From an uncultured virus (IMG/VR IMGVR_UViG_3300047157_000140) (lineage: Duplodnaviria > Heunggongvirae > Uroviricota > Caudoviricetes > Crassvirales), in IMG/VR virus record IMGVR_UViG_3300047157_000140: a stretch of DNA of 64,000 nt, one strand, 5' to 3'. Within the stretch, counting starts at the first letter, position 1. Every line of letters starts with the position of its first letter. Shown here one piece after another: positions 23,536-36,102 of this stretch. The notes beneath the pieces are model-generated. The model was not told where the DNA came from, did not search any database, and worked only from the letters and a program-made list of their open reading frames with translations. The translations under genes were made by a program, and so were the position numbers.

Positions 23536-24071
23536 ATTTAATTGTTAAATGTTTTAGTTCTAACTCGATAAACCTTTCATTGTTTATAATACAAACTCAT
23601 ATTCACTGTTTGGTGTAAAACCAACTAAGCTCAACCTCTTTTAAGGTAAACTTTTGTTTGTATACTTTATAACACCCATTAATGGTTGTTCTTATTAGTA
23701 TCAAACATGTCATTACGATTCAATTGGTTTAACAAAAGCAATAACCATCTAAAGGTTGCCATTTATTGTTCTTTTGATAAGCATATATTTGATCAATAAA
23801 AACAAAGTACAAATCATCCTTATATAGCTTTTACTGTCTTTTTCTTTACCTTTCATGTCGTGTACCTTCTAAAAACATTATGATGCACTATTATACCTTA
23901 TCACCTATACTTTATATTGTTTTAAAATTATAGGCGTTGTTTTACTATAGCTTCCTATTAACGTATTGATGTTAAATATATTGAGTATTAAGTATAAGTT
24001 TATTACCAATTTTTTTAGTATTATTATATCTTGTTTTTAGGTTTATTATAAAATTAAATAACGCTTTTCAT
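23480..24071 (-). CDS. Hypothetical protein, possibly GroES-like fold (frameshifted)
   Basis: Manual translation gives 'VGDKVIVHHNVFRR' and 'VGFTPNSEYEF'; several indels. Confidence 0.35.
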
Positions 24072-24289
24072 TAATACTCTAAATTATACTCTACAGCTAT
24101 TGCCATATTTTTATTAAAATCTTTCCAAGGAATAACATCCTCGCCTTTTTTTAATAAATATACTAAACTTTATCGTCTCCTTCGATTATATGAAATAGTA
24201 TGCCCTCCGTAAACCTCTTGGCCTACGGAGTAGTGCATAGCTTCATTTTTATAATCTTTACCGATACTAATCTTTCTTATCAGCTTCAT
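24071..24289 (-). CDS. Hypothetical protein (frameshifted)
   Basis: MKLIRKISIGKDYKNEAMHYSVGQEVYGGH...NMAIAVEYNLEY. Confidence 0.5.
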
Positions 24290-24581
24290 CTTCTCAGGTA
24301 TTTCAGTATATAGTTCCATCTTGTAAGTTAACAGATACTTTACCGTATTTTTCTTCAAGATCTTTTTGAATAGTTTGTAAATCCATTGTGCAGCTTTTAT
24401 TGTATTCAATGCCCTATATTTTTTGAACTTCTAAACCACCAACTTGCATTTGAACTTGATTTATATTGCTAACTTTTTCTTGAACTGATTTTAATTCTTC
24501 ATCAGTAATCTTTTTTACATCTTGAGCGATGTCCTCTACTTTTACGTCTTCCATTTTATTTAATTTAATTATTAATAATTA

Positions 24582-24957
24582 TACGTCTGTATAATCTTTC
24601 CATTTGTCTTCAGCTTTCATAGCTGTGTAAGCTTGAATTACAGGGTTTTTAGCTGTAGCGCCTACTCCCATAACAAAACTTCCACTTAACTGAAGCGAAG
24701 TCGTCATTGTACTTACCCACGGTATCTCTATGTGCTTTGTCTTTCCAGATTTTAGCTGTATAATTACCTTGAGTACTTTTTACTACTACGTCTTCATAAA
24801 CAGCTTCCGTCTTTATAGACCCATCAGAGTTGTACACGGCAGCTGTTTTTAATTGATTGTTAGTGTACTCATTTGTTGAGTAACCAACATTTGTAACTTT
24901 TACATAAGCATCACTAAGTGTGATTCCTTTGTAAACGTAAGATCCTTTTAATGCCAT
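24582..24957 (-). CDS. Tail-fibre-associated small protein (frameshifted)
   Basis: MALKGSYVYKGITLSDAYVKV..., downstream of the tail fibre. Confidence 0.5.
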
Positions 24958-25013
24958 TGTTTTAATTTTTAAATTGTTATTATTCTATGTTATATATTAT
25001 TTTCACGCTCCAT

Positions 25014-25451
25014 TTACCCATTGGCTTGAACTATTAGTTTCATTAAAAGATGTTGTTGATAAAGAACCCATACTAAATGGATATTGAGTACTAAAACCAT
25101 AACGCTATTTTCACGTTTTTTCGCGATACCCAATGAATAAGTTGTTCCTGTTGTAAAATTTAAACTTGAATACCCTACTCTTGGATTATTTTGTACGTCG
25201 TGGTCGTAACCATAAAATTCAGACATCGCGTGAGGTGCGCTTAAATCTTGAGGTAGTGGGTATCCAGTAGTATTGTTAAAACTAGGGTTTAGAGGTATAT
25301 CACCGCCGCTTGAGTCGGCAATAGGGGATAGAAACAAACCTTTTAAGCTAAAAGAATTTTCACCATCAGCATTGTTAGCCGTGTAATCATCTTCATTTTT
25401 CTCAGAAAATATTTTTAACAAGCTTAATTCGCCACTTGAAGGAACTGCCAT
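25014..25451 (-). CDS. Tail-fibre-associated protein
   Basis: MAVPSSGELSL...PHAMSEFYGYDHD, a pattern often found after phage tail-fibre genes; 3' end uncertain. Confidence 0.5.
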   Translation of the reverse strand: MAVPSSGELSLLKIFSEKNEDDYTANNADGENSFSLKGLFLSPIADSSGGDIPLNPSFNNTTGYPLPQDLSAPHAMSEFYGYDHDVQNNPRVGYSSLNFTTGTTYSLGIAKKRENSVMVLVLNIHLVWVLYQQHLLMKLIVQANG

Positions 25452-25452
25452 A

Positions 25453-25764
25453 TCACCAAGGAGTTTTAAAAGTTACATTAGTAGGTAGTTTTTGTTCTTG
25501 TATGTCTCTTTCTATTATAGCAACATGAGTGTTATAACAATCGTGAGAATTAACCCATCCTTTCACTGTTGTTTCTAGTATATTCTCTAAAGGTGTAAAG
25601 TTGCTAGGATCTAACTCTACTTTTATATGCCCAATGCTAGCACCAACATAATCACCGTCTTCACCTTTAATCAAAAACTCAACCCCTGTTATAACATTTT
25701 CAAATTCACCTAAACTAGGGGCACCTGTAAGTATATTGATTTTTGTAGTATAAATTATTGCCAT
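25453..25764 (-). CDS. Putative tail fibre assembly protein
   Basis: 103 aa, 'NFTPLENILETTVKGWV...PW', translationally coupled to the fibre gene. Confidence 0.5.
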   Translation of the reverse strand: MAIIYTTKINILTGAPSLGEFENVITGVEFLIKGEDGDYVGASIGHIKVELDPSNFTPLENILETTVKGWVNSHDCYNTHVAIIERDIQEQKLPTNVTFKTPW

Positions 25765-28700
25765 TATTTTATTTGTTTTTTAAGTTCGTCTATTTCAGCT
25801 TTTAATTCTTTTATAGCTTCAAGTAGTATTGGAGCTACACCTTGGTGTCTCATTGACAACATACCATCTTCATTTTCTCTTACAAGTTCTGGTACAACTT
25901 CCTTTACATCTTGTGCTATAAATCCTATATCTTCTTTTATATCTAATATACTATCTGATTTTTTCCAATCAAATGTTACACCTTGTAATTTCATAGCTTT
26001 ATCTAAAGCTGATTCAATAGGTTTTATATTTTCTTTTAATCTTTTATCTGATGGAGATCCATAAGCAACAACATCTCCAGAAACTATAAGAGAAGTAGAG
26101 TTTAATTTCATTCTTGTTACAGCAGCTGTTCTAAATTCCATAGCATCGCTACTATGATCATACTCTATTTTACCAGCAATACTTGCTGTTGAACTTGTAC
26201 CATCTGCAAAACAAATACTACAACTCGAAGTAGCTGCTCCATCGATTGTAATACCCACGTTTCCACCTCCAGCTACAACTAAGTTTTTACCGTGCGCGTT
26301 ATAGGATCCAGGAGAATCAGTTCCTATACCTACTTCTCCAGTCGTTGCTTTAATAGTCATTCTTGTGGCTCCATTAAAAAATGCCATGTCTTTAGGAACA
26401 CCTGATGATTGAGTAGAGCCAACTGTCATTAACGCATTTGTATTAGTAATAAATGCTTTCCCGTTAAGAGTTGTAGAAGTTCCTTTAATTTCAATAGCGC
26501 CCGTGTTTCTAATAGACATTATTTCATTAGCTACTCCAACATTATTTCCATTAACTTCATTGTTAGTTGCAAATATTAAATCTCCACGACCTTGAGTTGT
26601 ATTTCTTTTAAAGAATATTCCTGCTTTTACATAAGTATTATTACTAAGCATACTAAAACCAATACTTGCAGAATCACCATCTGTGTCGTTTTCATTTGCT
26701 AAAAGTAAATTATTTGCATCTCCTGATACATCGCTGGTAACAGTTAATTTTCTACCAGGTGCCATCGTTCCAATACCTACGTTCTGAGTAGCATCTATCA
26801 TCATTGCTGATGCGCTTGTCATATATGAAGCAGATCCACTTCCATCAGGACCAGCTGTCCAAAAATGTATTTCTCCAGTATTCCAGTTAGTATCTGCACC
26901 TTTCCCTGTTTTTTTACCACCAATAGCTCCATATACTGATGAGTAATTACCTGATTCAGACAATGCACTAAAAGTTATTAACGGTGAATGAGTTGAGTTT
27001 GTGCTACTGTGATTATAAAGATTTAAACCTAAAGAATAACCTATTGCTGTTGAGTTACTGTTTCCTGCACTAGATAAAGTTAGAATTGGATCTCTACCAT
27101 CAGTAATCCAACCAGCTCCATTAGTAGTAAGCGTTCTACCATTACTTCCAGAATTTGTATAATTATGATTTCCAGAATCTGTATTACTCATATTGTAGAA
27201 ACTTCCACTTGTAGGATTATTAACATTGAAACCTCCTGCAGTTGTAACAGTTCCTATTCCGACTTTACCAGCATTGTCTATAATTAAATCTTTTACTATA
27301 GAACCTTGATTACTATTACTTTGTGTTCTAACAAGCTGCAAGTCTCCGTGGTTAGATAAAATACCTCTATTGTAACTAGTACCTTGCCTACTCCATACCA
27401 TACCACCACCACCAGAATCAGCTGCGTCAAAAGTTAAATACTTACTCCAGCTTTCACCACCGTATCTTTCGTCAACAGCAACATTTGAAATTGTTGTTGT
27501 ACCATTGAAATAAGCGTTGGTTTCAATTGTTGATATATTTGTTGATATTCTAAAATTCTTACAATGTAAAGTTTGTCCATTACCAGTTACTAATCCACCT
27601 GAGGCGGTTGATGATCTCATCCATAATTCAATTTGATCACCTGGTCTTATTTCGCTAATATCTACATCAAACTGTCTAAGCGCATGTACAGATGCACTAA
27701 CACCACTCGCTAATCCATTTGGAGATGCACTTGAGAAGTGACCATGTTTTAATATATTACTAGGTGTAGACATAGCTGTATTTGTGCCATTGTTTCTCGC
27801 GACAGCCCAACCCCAATAATAAGTACCACTAGATATAAAACCTTCCCATTTAACACTTATAGATCCGGCTTTAGAAACTACAATCCTAGCCATTCTTTTG
27901 TAGTTAGCATCACTATCAGTTATAACCTCATCGTGTTCATGGGCAGCTATTATTTTATCACCAGCATCGTAAGCAACTGCTCGACCCTCTGTTATAACAC
28001 CAGAATCGTTTACTTCAAATGTTGGTGATCCACCTTGAGCATCAGAAATCCATAAAGCGTGATCATTACCACCATCTATTCTTAAACCATAAGTAGTTGC
28101 ATGACCATTTCCATCATTATGCTTTCTAATATACATACCCCAGTCACTGGAGTCATTCATTATTTTTATTCCAGCATCATTACTATTTGCATCACTACCA
28201 GTATAATTTATTAATATACTATTTGTTAAAGTACCAGTTATACCTCCAGTTATTTCAACACCACCACTTGTAGTTTCAAACTTTTTAGTACCATTGTGAT
28301 AAAGATTAATTGCTCCACCACTTTGTGCATCTAACATAGAAGCATCACTTGGATTTCTAACTAATAAAGCACCTGTTTTTAGTACTAAACTACCTGCGCC
28401 TGTTTCGTCTATAAAACTATTACTTCCATCATGATATAGTTGTAAATCTTTACCATTACCTAAGGCTATTCTTGATTTATCTTTCCATATGGTATACATT
28501 TCTGTTGTATTAGTGCCATCATGCACTGCGCTACCACCATCTAAATAGAAATAATCAGCTGAGGTTGCGTTATTTTCACCGTTATCAGCTTGGAATATTA
28601 AATTACCATCTTGCTTTTCTTGTTGAATATAAAATGATCCTTCTTTGCTTTTTATCGTACTGTGACTTCCGGTATGATATAATTGTAAATCATCACCTGA

Positions 28701-31700
28701 ACCTAGTTTTATTTTTTTATCATCATAAAGATGTAAATTTTCTTTCAAAGTTACATCACCAGTATTGTCTATTTTTATGTCTTCATTAAATGCTGAATTG
28801 TAAGAATTACCAATATATAAATAATCGTTTGTACTATTCCATTTTATAAATCCACCATCTGTACCAGATAAACTATCTCCTATCCATATTTCTGCAGCCG
28901 CACCTATTATTTGTAAATTTCCGTTTGTTCTTAGGTTTTTCTCAAAAGTCGATACTCCATCAGCTTTAATTGTTAATCTTGTTCCAAAGCCATTAGAACC
29001 ATCTTGTGTTTGAAAAAGTAAAGAACCTTTATCGTTAGCACCGTCTCTATATCCTGCTACCGTCGCTACACTGTCATTATTGTTAGAAAATATTAATTCT
29101 CCAATTGGAACAGTACCAGATGTTCTCTTACCATTCATAAACTGAGTGGCAACTGAACTTGTGTTAGCGTGATTAACTACATTAAGAGTACCATTAAAAT
29201 CAGCGTCTCCTTGTATTTTAAAGATCTTTGTTTGACCGTTTCTACCACGATGAGTTAAATTTTTACCTTGAACACAGTCATGTAAGTGTGATATAGTTGT
29301 GGATGCTGTAGAACTAGGAAGTGTTGCTATTGTAGTTTGATCAGTTAAAGATTCTATAGTAAAGTAATATGTAGCAGCATTAGCGCTAGCGGTTTTCATA
29401 GAAAGCGTATACTGACCATTACCATCACCTTCTACTTTTAAAGTTGGTATTGTTGCACTATTAGTATCATCGGGATAAAAACCGTTCATTGATTCTATTT
29501 GTACATCTTGATAATGGCCAACCATTATTTTTGCTGTAAAAGTACCTACATGACTAGTACCATGAGCAGTACCAGTTAATCTTACTATAGTTGCTAATTG
29601 ACTATTAGTTACACCAGTAGCGTAAACCCTAACATAACTATTAGATATTGATACATCACAATATTTTTTATGTGGATGTGATATTCTACCTGAGAAAGTA
29701 CCACCACCAGACTGGGAACAAAAGCACCAACTCCAGATAAAGTTCCTGCAACTGATATGTTGTTAGCGGCTATTGTTCCTGAGGAGTAAATATTTCTCCA
29801 TGCTAAACTTGCGCTATGACCTAAATCGTACGCGTTATGAGTATTTGGATAAACTTTACCATTTATATCAATATTCATAACATGGGTTCCAGCGGCGTGA
29901 AACTTTAAATTTTGACCAGTAGAGTGTAAGTTTGCTGCTAATTCTATATCACCTGCAAAAGTTGAGGTTCCTGTTCCATTAACATCTAAAATACCTCCAA
30001 CAGTAACAGTACCAGTGTTAGGATTTAATGCAAGATTAACTCCACTAGGGGTTGTTATTTGACCACCACCAATATCAATACTACTACCAAAACTTGCCCA
30101 ATTATCATGTGCTAGTGTCAGTGCTGTACTCATTGATCCTGCGCTAACAGTTCTAAATTCTAATCTACCATGTCTTGCTGATACATCGGTCCATATACTT
30201 TTTATTTGCGAACCATAAACACTTGTCGTCCCTGTATAATAACCACCCATGTTTATCACACCATGAGTATCTTCATCGGCTGGTGAAGGTTGTAAAATGC
30301 AATAAATCAATTTGAGCACCACCAGCTCCTGTGTTTGTTGATTCTACTCTTATAGCATCACCAGAGCCTTTTACATGAAGTAAACCTGCTAAACCGGATT
30401 CTATACCAATACCAACTTTACCTGTATAATCAAAATGAGCAATAGTTCCTCCACCATCACCTAATATTCTCACATTGTCGTCACCTTTGATTTTTAAATT
30501 TAAACCATCAGAGTGAATATAAGATTGAGCACCTGTAGCACTTGAGGCGCTAGAATTTCTAAACCAAATTCTTTTACCATCAGATTGTGTTATATCACCC
30601 GCAAAAGTTGCGGATTTATCTGTATTTAACGTTAAAATTAAATTAGTACTTTGTATATCTGTGTGTGAAAAGTATAATCTAGCAGAATCAGAGCTCATAA
30701 AGAATTGAGCATCTCCAGAAGTTCCTCTAATAAAACTTAATAAACTTTGTTGACCTTTTAAAGCTAATTGCGCGGTAGTAGAATCACCACCACCAAGACT
30801 TAAAGTTCCTGCAAAAGTTGCGTTTTGAGATTTATCTAGTGTAAGTGCTGTTGTTAAAGCATCACTACCATCAGGGGTAGTATAAAATATCATTTTACTA
30901 GGTGCGTCAGAATTAGCTACAGCTTGACCATCTGCTACTACAGATATAGCACCCATCTGTGCAAAATCAGTTCCATCAAACCCTTGCCATCTTATCAAGC
31001 CACCTTGACCATCAGGTAAAGCCACTGTTGGTGCGGAAGCATCTCTTGCTCTTAATGATATTAAATTAGCTGTACCATCTCTTCTACCTTCTACAGTTAA
31101 TGAACCTCCTTCACCGGCTCCACCACCGCCGTCTGGATTTGTACCATCTGTATAAAAAGCAATTTTTTCAACATTTGAATCAAACATATGTAATCTAGCA
31201 CCATTAGTAGATTTTTCACCCATACGTATGATAGGATCAGTACCACTCCCATTTTGTATAATGTCTATTGCTGATTGTTGAGAGCTTATTGATTGTGATT
31301 TAATGCTTAAACCGGTTACATCAGTTGCGGTTAAACCACCGGTTCCTAAGTTACCTGCAAAAGTTGTGTTACCGTCTATATATGTGGTACCACTAGTGTG
31401 TAGTGATAGTTGATTAGTTGAGTGATTGTAACCAAGCCAAGCGACATTATTAGCTGCAGCATCGCCAAACATATAGTAAGCATCAGCTGTACTTGATTGT
31501 TGTACGATTGATCTTGTAGTACCTTTAACGTGTAAAAATGTAGTTGCATCATATGGAGAACCTGTAGTACCAGGGCCTACAGTCACAAGTCCTGCAAAAG
31601 TTGCGGGTTAGTGCTGTTCTAGATGTACTACCACCGCTTCCATTGTTATGTGGTACACTAAAGTGCATATTTGCATCAAACGAATTTGTAGCATTTTCAA

Positions 31701-33617
31701 CTAAATTAATTCTACCAAACGCATCTCCACCTGAATGAGTATATCCTAATGCTAAAGTAGCAACGGCAGCTACACTTGCGTTATGAGTAGATGCTAATAC
31801 AGAAAGTATTTTATTTGTACCTGTGTTTAAAGTTACATTGCCTGCAAAAGTTGCATTACCTGAAGTATTAACATTTATATAATTAGAACTCCAAGCTTCA
31901 GTAGTATCATTGTAATATCTTAGGTTCCAACCATTAGAACCATCAAATAATTGCTGCCATTTGTTACCAGCGTTATTATAGTTTAAAATAAATGTATCTT
32001 GCGCTTCAATATTGCTTGTAGATGTAATAGCACCAGAACTAATAGTACCAGAAAAAGTTGAAGAACCATTAGCATTTATTGTAAGTCGAACACCACCAGC
32101 AGAACCATTTGAACTTGAACCTACAAACTCTAAACTTCCTGCTGTTGAAGTATCTGCACCATAAAATCTAATTTGACTTTTAGTTGTGCTTTCTTGTGAA
32201 ATTTTAATAGAACTTGTCGTATGTGATAAATTCTGACCTTTAGCAACAAATATTTTATCGGTTTCTACAATTCCTGCAAAAGTTGCGTTACCAGAATTAT
32301 CTAATGTAATTGCTAGAGTTTTTGAACCATCATATTCAGTAGTTCCTATTTTACCATAAGGCACACTGCCAGTCCTACCACCTTCAAAATAAATACCTCT
32401 ATCATTTGAAGTTCCTAATCTAATAGTACCACCACTTCCATCAGCATCAGATGAACCTTCAAACCTTGCGATTTCTGAAAGTGAGCCAGAGGATCCAGCA
32501 TTTTTAACGTGAAATTTTGTAGCTGTAGTATCGTAAGCGTAAGGCGTAGAAGTTCCAATACCGACGTCTCCGTTACTTTTTATAGTTACCGCTGTTGTAT
32601 CTCCAGCTGATGAGTTTGAAACTCTAAAAAACATTGACTTTGTCGTTGCTCTATTGTCAAAGTAAAAATCTCCTGTATAACTTTGAATGTAACTTGAATT
32701 ATCGCTTGATAAATGTCGTATTATTAAATCCCCTCCAGTGCCCGCTGCAAAGTATTTATTATCAACAACACTTACATTACCTGTAAAAGTTGCGTTTTGT
32801 GAACTGTTTAGTTCTAAAGCAGTAACTACAGTAGAACCATTGCTCGTTTGGAAATACATGTTACCTAGAGCGTTATCGTTAGTACCGTTGTGAGATACTT
32901 CTATCTTACCTAAAGAATTGTCAGCATGATCTTTAAAAACTATTTTTGATTCAGCACCTCCATCGGTATGTTCATTTGTAGTATTTTTTAAAGTTAGCAA
33001 TGGAGAGTCTTTGCTAACAGTTACATCACCTGCAAAAGTTGCTTTTCCAAAAGTTGATGGAGAAAATGTATTTGCAACGTGTATTCCTGAATTAAAAGTT
33101 GCCCAACCACCATCTGACATATCTAAGGTTAAAGCATCTATTGAAGAAGCACCATCTTTACCTTTAAATATTATATCTTTATCACTTACAGAATTTTGTA
33201 TTTTTACATCTCCTGCTGTTTGATTAATAAATAAAGCATTAGAACCATCGTGTAATATTCTAAGACCTGTAGTTCCATTAAGGTATAAATTATCACCTGT
33301 CCCTAAGATTACATTACCTGCAAAAGTTGCATTTGTACTACTGCCATCACCTAGTCTTAATATCTCTGTGCCTAAGTGAAGAAATTGAATACCATCCCCT
33401 ACTGTAGGGTGATCATAAAACCTTGCTAAAGTGCCAGAACTGTCAATATAAATTCTTTGATTATATACATCGATGTTTCTAATAAATAAAGTTCTAAAAT
33501 CTTTGGAGCTTGTAGTACCTAAATCGTAAGTAGCATCTGCGTGAGGTATTAAATGTCCTTTGATAGTTGAGTCACCAGCGTTATTTACTTTTAAAGCGCT
33601 ATTAACTTTTGCGCCAT
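25764..33617 (-). CDS. Very long modular tail fibre (~2600 aa) with C-terminal peptidase S74 intramolecular chaperone; split by frameshifts
   Basis: Contiguous ORFs 31549..33120, 30273..31586, 29609..30322 and 25764..29525; repeated ATFAG and VGIG motifs; C-terminal SDKRLKENI...GVTFDWK...GFIAQDV. Confidence 0.85.
29952..33330 (-). repeat. Dispersed 14-bp direct repeat GCAACTTTTGCAGG (ATFAG)
   Basis: Plus-strand CCTGCAAAAGTTGC exact at 30808, 31591, 31841, 32273, 33029, 33317; one mismatch at 29952, 30598, 31354, 32780. Confidence 0.9.
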
Positions 33618-33646
33618 GTTGGTTAAAATTTAATTATTTAATTATA

Positions 33647-34930
33647 TTACCCTATCTTAGTCATAAGAACTCTTATTGCATTAGCAGCTGGTGCTGATGC
33701 AAATGTTATTGCCACAGCTCCACTAGTTCCCCTTGCTACATCCGCCATAACTGTAAGCCCTGTCGATACTTCAATTAATTGAATCATGAACTGAGTACTG
33801 TCGGCACCTAGCCCGTGGTTTTTATGAGGTGCAGATGCTCCTGAGTTTAATAAGTTTATTGTTGTTACTGAAGCATTACCTATAGTTGTAGTAAATTGCC
33901 TAGCTGTTATATCAGTTGTTAAAGCTATAGTACCTGAATTATCTGGTAAAGCTACTACTCTATCAGCTGTTGGTTCACCACCTGTAAGCTTTATTTCATG
34001 AGCATCAGCTGTAGTACCTTCAAATTCTATAGTGTTGTTTTCTACAACTTTTACAGTTTCGTTTAATGTTGTTTGTGTACCTACTACTGTAAAGTTACCA
34101 GTTACTGTTAAGTTATCACCAACTGTAACTTCTGAGACGTAGAATGACCAATACTTATAGGAACACCAGAAGTTGCTGTACCTATTGTAATACCGTTTGT
34201 AGTATTAGAATTATCTATATTTAATGTAGAGGTTGAATCTAAGGATATATTACTACCATCTACAACTAAAGTACCATCTATGTCAGTATTGTCTAAATTA
34301 GATACACCATCTACGCTTAGATCAGTTGTTACCGTTAGGTTGTTACCAATAGTTACATTATTTGGTAAACCAATTTGTAAAGATACGTCTGTGCCAGATT
34401 TAGAAGAAGCGGTTTCAATTTCATTTGAAGTACCTATTATTCTTAAATCATCTGTTAATAGATCTACATTAGCAGCTCCTGAATCACCATCGACAGTAAG
34501 TGCTGTAGCTATACTTTCGCTACCAGCAGCTGTTAATCTACCTTGTTGATCTACAGTAAATGTAGGTATTGCTGTTGCACTACCATAACTATTTGGTGTA
34601 ACAGCTGTATTATCAAGGTCAATTTCTAATGTCGATCCGGATAACACTTGTTGATATACCAGTGTCACCAGATATGGTTAAAACAAAATTACCTTTAATA
34701 ACGTCATATGAATTACCACTGTCATCAGCAATTACCTTAACTTGTCTTATATCACCACCAAGATCTATCCAAGAAGATCCGTTGTAAACTTTAGGTGAGT
34801 CTGTTCCTGTGTCGTATATTATTTTACCCTCTACGTTAGATGCAGAGCCTTCTGTTGTTTTGTGGAGTATTGCGTTTTGCAGCTCCGATACACTTCTTAA
34901 GTCTAAGTGATTTAAAATAGGTATTGCCAT
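33647..34930 (-). CDS. Tail fibre/tail structural protein (frameshifted)
   Basis: ORFs 34619..34930 and 34108..34668 plus downstream frame; 'YGSATAIPTFTVDQQGRLTAA' fibre motif. Confidence 0.7.
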
Positions 34931-34934
34931 AGTT

Positions 34935-35642
34935 TTAGTTTAAGTATGCGTAGCCACTTTCAGCAGCTGCTAAGTTTATTGTTAAGTTGTTTTCGTCAGT
35001 ATATACTACCCCAGCAAAAGCACCTACATTAGTATAAACACTATCAGAACTAGAAAATTTTATACTAACACTAGGAAACTTACCCAGGTTATGATTTATC
35101 ACCCATGATGCGGATGCTGTATTTTGATGATGCGCAAACGTTAAGTCGCCACCACTTTCAGGAAATATATCTACGCCGTATATTTTGTTATTTACAATAG
35201 ATCCATTAGAAGTTTTAAGTTCTAACGTTAGGTTGTAAAAACTAGAATTACTGTCTACTTGTAAGCTTTTTACCTTATAAACACCAAAGTCATTTTTATT
35301 GTTTATGTCGTAAATAATTATATCTTTGCCACTTAATAGAGTTAAAGCATTATTTATAGGGTCATCGTAATTATAATAATTAAATTTACTAACTTTTATA
35401 CTAGTAACATTAGCTAAAGTATTACCGCTAGATAAAGTGAATTTTATATCTCCATTAGATATATTAGTTTGCTCACATCTATATGTAAAAGAGCTACTAG
35501 AGCCAGATGTGTTTGTTTCTGATAAAAAAACTTGTATGTCATTTACAGAAAAATTTCTAGTAGAACCGTCAGAGTTAGAACCTAAAAGCTTATCACTTCC
35601 CTCTACTGTAGCGTCTAAATTATATTCACTAATTCTACTCAT
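34935..35642 (-). CDS. Tail structural protein
   Basis: 235 aa with C-terminal 'WVINHNLGKFPSV...SGYAYLN' module. Confidence 0.6.
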   Translation of the reverse strand: MSRISEYNLDATVEGSDKLLGSNSDGSTRNFSVNDIQVFLSETNTSGSSSSFTYRCEQTNISNGDIKFTLSSGNTLANVTSIKVSKFNYYNYDDPINNALTLLSGKDIIIYDINNKNDFGVYKVKSLQVDSNSSFYNLTLELKTSNGSIVNNKIYGVDIFPESGGDLTFAHHQNTASASWVINHNLGKFPSVSIKFSSSDSVYTNVGAFAGVVYTDENNLTINLAAAESGYAYLN

Positions 35643-35646
35643 TATG

Positions 35647-36102
35647 CTATTTTTTTAGTATATTTCCAATCTTTTCTCCACTTCGTCCACCAAAATAGGC
35701 TAAAACAACAGCCATCATAACTTTTTCAAAAGTATCGTTCCAAGTAGCACCTATATTAAAAGGTATTGAATCTACGCTATCAAGTATACCAGCTAGAGAA
35801 AATATAACAATGCACCACACTAATACTAGTGGGCGCACGTTTTTTGAAAGCCATGAATCTGATGCAGAATCTGCTTGCCATCTAGACGTAATAGACTCTA
35901 TTTCTTTATTCTGTTGCTCGTAAATTAATTGTTGAAGTTTTATTTTATCCTCACTGCTAACATCTGATTTACCTATTTGAGCTATAGCTTCAGCAGGCGA
36001 TGTTGCACCTTTTAGTAAGTTACCAAGGGTGGGATTTATCATAGACGCAGCACCGAATAGTAGTTTACCTACTGTGCTTTCTGTAAATTTCTTTTTAGAC
36101 AT
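35647..36102 (-). CDS. Holin-like membrane protein (3TM holin type)
   Basis: 'RWQADSASDSWLSKNVRPL', two hydrophobic helices and 'AYFGGRSGEK'. Confidence 0.7.
   Translation of the reverse strand: MSKKKFTESTVGKLLFGAASMINPTLGNLLKGATSPAEAIAQIGKSDVSSEDKIKLQQLIYEQQNKEIESITSRWQADSASDSWLSKNVRPLVLVWCIVIFSLAGILDSVDSIPFNIGATWNDTFEKVMMAVVLAYFGGRSGEKIGNILKK

Noticed and set aside
18615..24560. Fragmented portal/terminase region, suggesting stop-codon reassignment (as in some crAss-like phages), introns or pseudogenes
   Set aside because: The breaks are frame changes from 1-nt indels, often in homopolymers, rather than in-frame TAG/TGA. Neighbouring long genes are intact in code 11 and these genes are essential, so sequencing error fits best.
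25764..33617. Diversity-generating retroelement or invertible shufflon acting on the tail fibre
   Set aside because: No reverse transcriptase, no TR/VR pair and no invertase seen; all repeats are direct and on one strand
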